A stretch of DNA of 64,000 nt from Patescibacteria group bacterium (GTDB taxonomy: Bacteria; Patescibacteriota; Microgenomatia; UBA8517), in contig JBGQJK010000002.1 in NCBI GenBank assembly GCA_041499035.1, positions 6,571-70,570 on the forward strand, written 5' to 3'. The notes under the pieces are model-generated. The model searched no databases and was not told where the DNA came from. It saw only the letters and a list, made by a program, of their open reading frames with translations. Numbering within the stretch: the first letter of the stretch is position 1; every line of letters starts with the position of its first letter. The position numbers and the translations under genes are program-made. Below are positions 16,620 to 24,188 of the stretch, one piece after another.

Positions 16620-18185
16620 ATGTCCAAGCCGCTCAAAAAAATTGTATTTTCTTTTTTAACTGCACTCGTCCTTCTTTTTTCTTTTGCTCCATTTTTTAGA
16701 GCAAAAGCTGCAATCCCACCGGGAGGAATAAATGTCGGCATTGACCCAAGTAATCTTTGGAGTCATACGTGGTATGCCGAGGAGAATCCGTTTGCCTGGT
16801 ATCAAAAAGTTTACGACGATTCTATATCCCCAACCAGCGAGATTTTTGGAGAACGCTATACGGCCGCACAAGTCCAGTGGGTTATTTACGGGCTTTTCTC
16901 CTTCTTCTGGAACTTTATACCTGGAAACCCGCAACTGACAACCTGCGCTATTAGCGGGGATATCAGCAGCTGCCAAACCTTGCTTCAAAAACTCCAAAGT
17001 GCTATCAAAATAGGTGATAGTAGCGGGCCGACGCCGGCATCAACTACGGCATCTATATTTACTTTTGCTGGCCAGAATCCGATTTCAGGAGTTTATTATT
17101 TTAAAAACCTGATCGGGAAATTTTCCCTAATATCCGAGGTTCACGCCCAGGGGTTTGGCTACACAAACGCAGCAAATTCAATTGTAGGTATTTGGAGAGT
17201 TACCAGAAATATTAGCTACGGCTTTATGGTATTGGCCATAATCATTTTTGCTTTTATGATTATGTTTAGAGTAAAAATCAATCCCCAGGTAGTTATTACA
17301 GTTCAACTCGCAATACCGAGACTGGTATTCGCATTAATCCTCATTACTTTTTCATATGCAATCGCAGGGTTCGCGATCGATTTAATGTATGTAACAATCG
17401 GGCTTTTAGCAGTATTAATAAACGGGGCTCAGTTAACAAGCGAGACACCTATCCAGCTGTTCCAAAACTTTGTCTCGAGCAATAGTTTTGTATTATTATA
17501 TAACTACTGGATACATTTATTGGTCGCAAGTATTGTTGCCACGGTTTCGCCCGGTGGAGGATTCGGGCTTGGAATTCTTCTTGTCCTATTCGCAATAATT
17601 GCTATTCTTGCAGTTATATGGTGGTCCCTCAAAATTGTTTGGATGGTAATTAAAACGTTTGTGTCAATTATTCTGACGATCGTCGTTGGACCGTTAGAAA
17701 TAATGCTCGGGACAGTCACTGAATCTACAGGTTTTGGCGCGTGGCTTAAAAGACTGATATCTTATTTGGCGGTTTATCCTATGATGTGTTTAATGTTTTT
17801 TCTGGCATTTTTCTTCCTCAATCAGGGCGGGGACACAGCCGGATTCGGAGGGACAATTCCGTTTAACCCGGCAACAAATTTCATAGGTCCTAATTCGTGG
17901 GTTCCGCCTATGTCATTTTTAACGGGAAACGGACAAAGGTTAATATGGATTCTTGTAAGCTTTGTTATTTTCAGCGAGATAACAAAAGTCGCAGAAATGG
18001 CACAAAAATTTATTGAGGGTAAGCCGTGGGAGTATGGAACTGCTGTTGGAGAAGTGAGACAGGGTGCAAAGAACGTTGGTCAGTCCGCAACCGACTTCGC
18101 AAGACTATATGCCTCCACTAAGGCTATCGGAGGAACTGCACAAGGAGTAGTCAACGCTCTAAAGTGGCTAGCATTTATGCCGTAG
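16620..18185 (+). CDS. VirB6/TrbL-like polytopic membrane protein (type IV secretion inner-membrane component)
   Basis: Signal/TM, ~150-aa extracytoplasmic N-domain, then 6-8 TM helices rich in aromatic and Gly residues. Its position upstream of a VirB4-like ATPase fits VirB6/TrbL architecture. Confidence 0.5.
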   Translation: MSKPLKKIVFSFLTALVLLFSFAPFFRAKAAIPPGGINVGIDPSNLWSHTWYAEENPFAWYQKVYDDSISPTSEIFGERYTAAQVQWVIYGLFSFFWNFIPGNPQLTTCAISGDISSCQTLLQKLQSAIKIGDSSGPTPASTTASIFTFAGQNPISGVYYFKNLIGKFSLISEVHAQGFGYTNAANSIVGIWRVTRNISYGFMVLAIIIFAFMIMFRVKINPQVVITVQLAIPRLVFALILITFSYAIAGFAIDLMYVTIGLLAVLINGAQLTSETPIQLFQNFVSSNSFVLLYNYWIHLLVASIVATVSPGGGFGLGILLVLFAIIAILAVIWWSLKIVWMVIKTFVSIILTIVVGPLEIMLGTVTESTGFGAWLKRLISYLAVYPMMCLMFFLAFFFLNQGGDTAGFGGTIPFNPATNFIGPNSWVPPMSFLTGNGQRLIWILVSFVIFSEITKVAEMAQKFIEGKPWEYGTAVGEVRQGAKNVGQSATDFARLYASTKAIGGTAQGVVNALKWLAFMP

Positions 18186-18192
18186 AATGCAA

Positions 18193-20478
18193 CTAAGCTT
18201 CAAGGCCTTTATTGGTAGCATCTGTGGGGAGTCCCTTGGCTTGGTCTGGAGGGATAATTCCGATTCTTCCTATTCTATAACGTATCCTGTCTATGGCTGA
18301 TACTACCTTGTTTGTCATAACCCCTCTATCTTTGGTTGCTACTTTATCTGCATCTTGCGCCAGCCACTCCTTATACTGAGGGAGTGATCTTATTCCATCC
18401 CAAAAAGCTAGCACCAACTTTTTTTTATAATTCCTTACCTCATCCGTAACGTATTTATCTGTAGCTTTTTTGTTAGCTTTGGCTTGTTCCACTTTTCTTC
18501 TGTCTTTTTTATCCGCTTCGGTTAAGGCTGCCTCGCCTCCTTCTCTAATTCCATTATATATCCCCCTGAAGCGGCCGTTAAACACAACCTGCGCGTTTAG
18601 TGCAATCCCCATATTGGCGGCGAATTTTTCCCAAAAAGTTTTTTCTTTAAGTTCCCGTATATCCCAATCTGTTCTCATCATGTACTGGAAAAGTCCGATT
18701 TTTTCCCGACCGGCAATAAATATTCCAAGGGCTGCCTGATTATATGTTTTTGGATGAAGACCCTCCCACTGCAGCTCACCAAGATGAAATGCTCTTTCTG
18801 CGGGAAGTTCTACCATTTTTCTAAGAACGGGGTCATATCCCTGTCCTTTTCTATACCCCCATCTCATCTCGTCAAATGACCTTTTCCCAACATCTACAAA
18901 CTTCATTTTTATCTTACTCTCGACAAATTGCCTATTACCATCCTTATCCAAATCTTCCACCTCTTTTACCGTCCCGTCATCATTAAGCTCGTGCCCCTTA
19001 CCTGTCCAACTTTTAAAATAGGGAACCGCAAACCTATCAGGATATTTTTGGAAAGCGCCATCGGGTCCAAAACCTCTGATTTCAGGTTTTAAGAACCTAT
19101 AGACCTGAGTAAAAATATTGGGGCCAATTACTTTAATTCTATCGCAGGAAGTCATTCCCCCCATCTCATGGGATATATAGTTACCTTCCGGACGATCAAG
19201 TTCTTTATCATATTCTCTATGGTAAACCTGACCCCCAAGGTCGGAAGCCATTCCGGTTACTCTAAGCATCTCCCAAGCGATAAAGCGGGCATCCCGCGCC
19301 TCTTTTTTAGCCATGTTACCTTTAGCCTCGCTTCCACCCCCTATAAACCTTTCAATTTGTTCAAAAACATGCTCTGCGTCGTTCCACGAAGACTCAACCA
19401 AAATGTTTCCTTTCTCCGTAAGGAGCCCTCTAATGCCTTTGTGTTTTTTATCAGGATCATTAAAGTCGACCGGCTCTTTGTTCCATGACCACGGCTCGCC
19501 AATCCATTTAACCAAAGTAGCATTTAATGTTCTTCCTTGCCTTTCTTCGGGTCTTAAGAAAAGGTCATCTACTTCCTGATCCGAAACCTTAAATAAAAAC
19601 TTAAAACCGGGTCGTGTGACTAAATCTTTAAACTGCTCATAATTTTCGGACTGTGCAGCAAGTTCCAGACATTGGAGCGAAACACTCATTGCGTCCCCAA
19701 ACTCGTGGCCCTTTCTAAATTCCGCTCCGCCTTCTGTTTTTGTAAGAATGCTCTTCCTATCTACCCCTTCTACCCCAGTAAATCTACCCTCGGCGTCGCA
19801 AAGAATTCTCATCGCTTCATGGGTAAGGCTGCCCATAAAATAAAATTGGACTAGGCCCTCCAGATTTTCCGTCTGGTTCCAGACATATCTAGCCATTTTA
19901 ACCATATCTTCTCTGGCAGTCATTTCACCATCAACTCTGGTGAGGACCTCCGCAAGGGCTTTGCGCTGTTCGTCCGTACCGGGTTCGTAAGACACCGTCT
20001 GGCCAATTATCGACTCCTGCTTGATCTTTCCATCCTGATCCTGAACGACCCTCCTTTCCGTCTCCGCCCAAACAACAGTAGAGGTATAAGCATATCCCGG
20101 AAAAGAAAAGGTTGCCTCCCGCTGTTGGTCTCCATTTTCATCTACAACACTTTTGTAAGTAAGGTACCCCATATCCTGAAGATCCTGAAGCGTTTCGTTC
20201 ATTACAGAAATTCTGCCTTCCAGATTAGCTTTCACTTGATCCATACTCCATTCGGCAACTGTGCCGTCCGGCTTAAGGATCATATTTTCAAAGATGGCCA
20301 TATACGACCTACTGGCGTCGATTAATTGTTTGGGGTCTACCGAACGTTCTATGACCTCAATATTTGGAAGTCCTTCTCTAAGATGTCTTGCAGCTTCGGG
20401 TTGTTTATTTTTGTCGTCTTTACCTTGTTCCGTACTAGCACCAGTCGGGAGTTCAGTCATACAAAAATTGTAGCACAA
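18193..20478 (-). CDS. hypothetical large soluble protein (761 aa), opposite strand within T4SS-like locus
   Basis: Long ORF with no TM segment, P-loop or motif I recognise; highly charged. Confidence 0.4.
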   Translation of the reverse strand: MCYNFCMTELPTGASTEQGKDDKNKQPEAARHLREGLPNIEVIERSVDPKQLIDASRSYMAIFENMILKPDGTVAEWSMDQVKANLEGRISVMNETLQDLQDMGYLTYKSVVDENGDQQREATFSFPGYAYTSTVVWAETERRVVQDQDGKIKQESIIGQTVSYEPGTDEQRKALAEVLTRVDGEMTAREDMVKMARYVWNQTENLEGLVQFYFMGSLTHEAMRILCDAEGRFTGVEGVDRKSILTKTEGGAEFRKGHEFGDAMSVSLQCLELAAQSENYEQFKDLVTRPGFKFLFKVSDQEVDDLFLRPEERQGRTLNATLVKWIGEPWSWNKEPVDFNDPDKKHKGIRGLLTEKGNILVESSWNDAEHVFEQIERFIGGGSEAKGNMAKKEARDARFIAWEMLRVTGMASDLGGQVYHREYDKELDRPEGNYISHEMGGMTSCDRIKVIGPNIFTQVYRFLKPEIRGFGPDGAFQKYPDRFAVPYFKSWTGKGHELNDDGTVKEVEDLDKDGNRQFVESKIKMKFVDVGKRSFDEMRWGYRKGQGYDPVLRKMVELPAERAFHLGELQWEGLHPKTYNQAALGIFIAGREKIGLFQYMMRTDWDIRELKEKTFWEKFAANMGIALNAQVVFNGRFRGIYNGIREGGEAALTEADKKDRRKVEQAKANKKATDKYVTDEVRNYKKKLVLAFWDGIRSLPQYKEWLAQDADKVATKDRGVMTNKVVSAIDRIRYRIGRIGIIPPDQAKGLPTDATNKGLEA

Positions 20479-20583
20479 AAAGAAGAGCCAAGAACTTGTG
20501 AAAAGGGATTCCCCTTGCGTCTAGTGCTTCACGAGATAACCTGTAATGAGAGCTGCCCTACTTCGTAGAAGCAAGCTCCGCTT

Positions 20584-21627
20584 ATGGAACAGCACGCAAT
20601 ACCACAAAATGTATCTTCATACCAATTTAAATTGGTTGGAGATATGACGCTTAAACAGTTCTTTCAACTTGCGGGGGGTATTTTGGCCGGCATAATTTTT
20701 TATTCGTCCCCGCTTCTCGGCATAATCAAATGGCCGCTCGCAATTTTATCGGTACTACTTGGAATCGGACTTGCGTTTCTCCCTCTTGAGGAGCGTCCTT
20801 TGGAAAAATGGATCTTCGCTTTCTTTAAAGCAATCTACGCGCCTACTATTTTTTCCTGGCAAAAAGGCGCCACACGCCCAAAGTTTTATCAGGACGAAAC
20901 CCCTACAGCTTCCAACCCCGAACAGGACGCGGCTCTTAAAACTTATTTGGCAACGACTTCTCAAACTTCCACAGCCTTAGGAAATCTGGAAAAGGCGGAG
21001 AGCGGGTTTCTTGCCCAACTCACCGGGCTCTTTTCCCTGGGCCAGGGTACCACCCCCGCGCCCGCCCCCGTAGCGCCCCCGGTAGCCGCGCCGCCAAAGC
21101 CGGCGGTTGTACCGATTCCGGAAAACTCGCCGGTAAAAATTCCGGCAGCACCAACTCACCTGATCGTTGAAGAGAAGTTGATACCCGTAGTTCCCCAAAA
21201 CCAAGTCACCACAAACCAGGTTGTTGGGATTATTGCAGGCAACGAAATGATCTCGACCAAACAGGCAATGTTTTCTGTAGACGCAGCTCCACCCAATCCC
21301 CCCACCTCACCCAATGTAGTGGTAGGCCAGGTCGTAGACCAGGACAGAAAAATCATAGAGGGAGCAATTATGGAAATTAAAGACTCAATGGGACGCCCAA
21401 TAAGGGCCCTCAGAAGCAACAAGGTGGGACACTTCATTACGGTTACCCAACTTGATAACGGAAGATATGAAATTGTTACCGAAAAAGACGGCTATGAATT
21501 TACCCCGGTCTCGTTTGACGCAAACGGCAATCTTATTCCGCCAATTTTGGTTCAAGGAAAAAGGTTGGCACCTGAAGTAGAAGAGGCGCCCCCGGCAATA
21601 GTCAAACCGGCTTACTCAATCAATTAA
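20584..21627 (+). CDS. membrane protein with Pro-rich linker and C-terminal carboxypeptidase-regulatory-like (transthyretin-fold) domain
   Basis: Two N-terminal TM helices, 'PAPAPVAPPVAAPPKPAVVPIP' linker, and 'VVGQVVDQDRKIIEGAIMEIKDSMGRPI...DNGRYEIVTEKDGYEF' resembling the CarbopepD_reg/Cna-B pattern. Confidence 0.4.
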   Translation: MEQHAIPQNVSSYQFKLVGDMTLKQFFQLAGGILAGIIFYSSPLLGIIKWPLAILSVLLGIGLAFLPLEERPLEKWIFAFFKAIYAPTIFSWQKGATRPKFYQDETPTASNPEQDAALKTYLATTSQTSTALGNLEKAESGFLAQLTGLFSLGQGTTPAPAPVAPPVAAPPKPAVVPIPENSPVKIPAAPTHLIVEEKLIPVVPQNQVTTNQVVGIIAGNEMISTKQAMFSVDAAPPNPPTSPNVVVGQVVDQDRKIIEGAIMEIKDSMGRPIRALRSNKVGHFITVTQLDNGRYEIVTEKDGYEFTPVSFDANGNLIPPILVQGKRLAPEVEEAPPAIVKPAYSIN

Positions 21628-21631
21628 TAAT

Positions 21632-22324
21632 ATGTTAAATATTCCAAAAATACCTTACTTATCGGTTCCGGATAAGCCAATCACTTCGACGACTCAAAAT
21701 CACCTGCCTATCGCCGACGTAACAAACGATGTTGCTCTTTATAAGGACGGTGGGGCCGCCCTTGTCATGGAGTCAACTTCCTTAAACTTTGGGCTTCTTA
21801 GTGAAAAGGAACAACAGGCAGTGATAGCCGCATATGCGGCCATGATTAACTCTCTTTCTTTCTCGGTCCAGATAATAGTTAAGACACAGCGAAAAGATAT
21901 TAGCTCCTATATCAGCTACATTGACCAGCAGGCCAAAAAACTTACCCACCCTCTTCTTCAAAAATTGATGGCGGAATACCGCGGATTCATTATGGACTCG
22001 GTTAAAAAGAAAAACGTCTTGGGAAAGCGGTTTTTTGTTGTACTTTACCTTTCCCCCCTTGAACTTGGCGTCGGAAAATCAATAGCGGCAGTAACCAAAA
22101 GGGGCGAAATGCTTCCTTTTACAAAATCGTATGTCGTAAAAAAGACAAAAATAGTTCTCTACCCCCGGCGAGACCACCTGATGCGGCAGGCGGGGCGCCT
22201 CGGAATTAAATTTAGACAACTTACGACTGCCGAACTTATTGATCTTTTCTATTTGGTTTATAACCCGGAACGTCCAGCAGTTAAAAAAGAACCTGAGGTT
22301 ATATTAGAACATAAGCAGCAATGA
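21632..22324 (+). CDS. hypothetical protein; start codon overlaps the stop of the VirB4-like gene's upstream neighbour (translationally coupled)
   Basis: ORF ends in ATGA overlap with the VirB4-like gene; no motif I recognise. Confidence 0.35.
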   Translation: MLNIPKIPYLSVPDKPITSTTQNHLPIADVTNDVALYKDGGAALVMESTSLNFGLLSEKEQQAVIAAYAAMINSLSFSVQIIVKTQRKDISSYISYIDQQAKKLTHPLLQKLMAEYRGFIMDSVKKKNVLGKRFFVVLYLSPLELGVGKSIAAVTKRGEMLPFTKSYVVKKTKIVLYPRRDHLMRQAGRLGIKFRQLTTAELIDLFYLVYNPERPAVKKEPEVILEHKQQ

Positions 22325-24186
22325 AGATACAAGTTCCCGTTAATCAAGTTCCACCTCCGGCGCCCGCTGCAAGTCTTCTTGTTGTGGACAATCACACTTC
22401 AACCCCAGTCATCAAAACTCAGGAACTAAAACCAAAGATGGAAAGCCCCGCTGCAAGTGTGGCTCAAGGAGCAAGTGTTCTTGATATTATTGCCCCCCAG
22501 GCGATCGAAGAAGATTTTGATTTTTTTAAAATCAACGATGTATATTTCCGGACCATTTTTGTGGGCGGTTACCCCAGATTTGTGGCCCCGGGGTGGCTTG
22601 AGCCGGTTGTAAACTTTGATTCAAGCCTTGATATATCTTTCTATGTTTACCCCGTGGACGGAAAAAGCGTTCTCGATGATTTACGGCGCAAAATTGCGGA
22701 GATGGAGGCGGAAATTTCAACAGATATAGAACGCGGCAGAATCGTTGACCCTTCAACCCAAGCCAAACTTGAAGACGCAAGGAGTCTGCAGGAACAACTT
22801 GTCAAAGGCATTGAAAGATTCTACGAATTCAGCTTTTATATAACCATTCCCGCAAACACCGTTGAGGAGCTTAACCACGTGACCAAACAAATTGAGTCCC
22901 AACTCGGCTCACTTTTAATTGTCAGTAAACACGCCCTACTCGACCAGGAAGCCGGTTTTCTTTCAACCGCCCCGTTTGGGATGGACAGACTAAATATAAC
23001 GAGAAATATGGACACAACCTCTGTTGCTACAACTTTTCCTTTAACTTCAACGGAACTTTCAAGTGACCGTGGTGTTCTTTACGGAATAAACTCACAAAAC
23101 GAGTCTTTTATTATTTTCGACCGGTTTTCCCTTGAAAACGCAAACATGACCATTTTTGCTACCTCCGGCGCCGGAAAATCCTACTTTGTTAAGTTGGAAG
23201 CCCTAAGGTCACTTATGATTGGAACGGAAGCTATAATAATTGACCCAGAAAGCGAATATAAACCCTTGGCCCAAGCCGTAGGTGGAGAATATATTTCATT
23301 TAATTTTAATTCCCCTGCTAAAATCAACCCTTTTGACCTTTCTCAAGTCCGTGAAGAGGGCGAAAACCAGCTGGGGCAAAAAATTCTTTCGCTCCATTCA
23401 CTAATGAAAGTTATTATGGGAGTAATCACCCCGACCCAGGAGGCACTCCTCGACAGGGCTCTCGTTATGACCTACCGAAACAAAGGAATAACTATGGACC
23501 CCGACACACAATCTAGGGAACCCCCTCTTATGGAAGACTTGTATAAAACTTTAATCGGCATGGAGGTTCCCGACGCACTGGATCTTTCCGCCCGCATCGA
23601 AAAATTTGTCCGCGGGAGCTTCGTTGGAATTTTTGACAAGCAAACAAATATAAATATAACAAATCCTTTTACCGTTTTTTCGGTCAAAGACCTGCAGGAT
23701 GCCCTGCGTCCCATCGCCATGTTTATAATTCTTGACTATATTTGGACGCGCGTTAAGAAAGACTTAAAGAGAAGGATTCTGATAATTGATGAGGCCTGGC
23801 ACATGATGCGCTATCCCGACACTGCGCAGTTTCTTTGGAGTGTGGTTAAGAGGGCCCGTAAATACTTCCTGGGACTCACTACAGTAACGCAGGACGTCGA
23901 AGACTTCCTGGCGCAAGATATTGGTAAGGCAATCATTACAAACAGCTCCATGGAGGTTCTCCTAAAGCAATCCCCCGCGGCAATTGACAAAATCGGAGAA
24001 GTGTTTTATTTAAGCCAGGGAGAAAAACAACTACTTTTGGCCGCAAATGTCGGCGAAGGAATATTTTTTGCCGGACCCCACCATGCACCAATAAGAGTCG
24101 TGGCTTCCGAGGATGAAAACATCTTAATTACAACCAAGCCCCAGGAAATTGCGAAAGTAAACCCAAATCAATATGAAGCAAAATAA
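22321..24186 (+). CDS. VirB4/TraC-family type IV secretion ATPase
   Basis: Walker A 'FATSGAGKSYFVK', Walker B 'RILIIDEAWHMM' (the DEAW box typical of the VirB4/CagE/TrbE family), ~620 aa. Confidence 0.75.
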   Translation: MKIQVPVNQVPPPAPAASLLVVDNHTSTPVIKTQELKPKMESPAASVAQGASVLDIIAPQAIEEDFDFFKINDVYFRTIFVGGYPRFVAPGWLEPVVNFDSSLDISFYVYPVDGKSVLDDLRRKIAEMEAEISTDIERGRIVDPSTQAKLEDARSLQEQLVKGIERFYEFSFYITIPANTVEELNHVTKQIESQLGSLLIVSKHALLDQEAGFLSTAPFGMDRLNITRNMDTTSVATTFPLTSTELSSDRGVLYGINSQNESFIIFDRFSLENANMTIFATSGAGKSYFVKLEALRSLMIGTEAIIIDPESEYKPLAQAVGGEYISFNFNSPAKINPFDLSQVREEGENQLGQKILSLHSLMKVIMGVITPTQEALLDRALVMTYRNKGITMDPDTQSREPPLMEDLYKTLIGMEVPDALDLSARIEKFVRGSFVGIFDKQTNINITNPFTVFSVKDLQDALRPIAMFIILDYIWTRVKKDLKRRILIIDEAWHMMRYPDTAQFLWSVVKRARKYFLGLTTVTQDVEDFLAQDIGKAIITNSSMEVLLKQSPAAIDKIGEVFYLSQGEKQLLLAANVGEGIFFAGPHHAPIRVVASEDENILITTKPQEIAKVNPNQYEAK

Positions 24187-24188
24187 TT

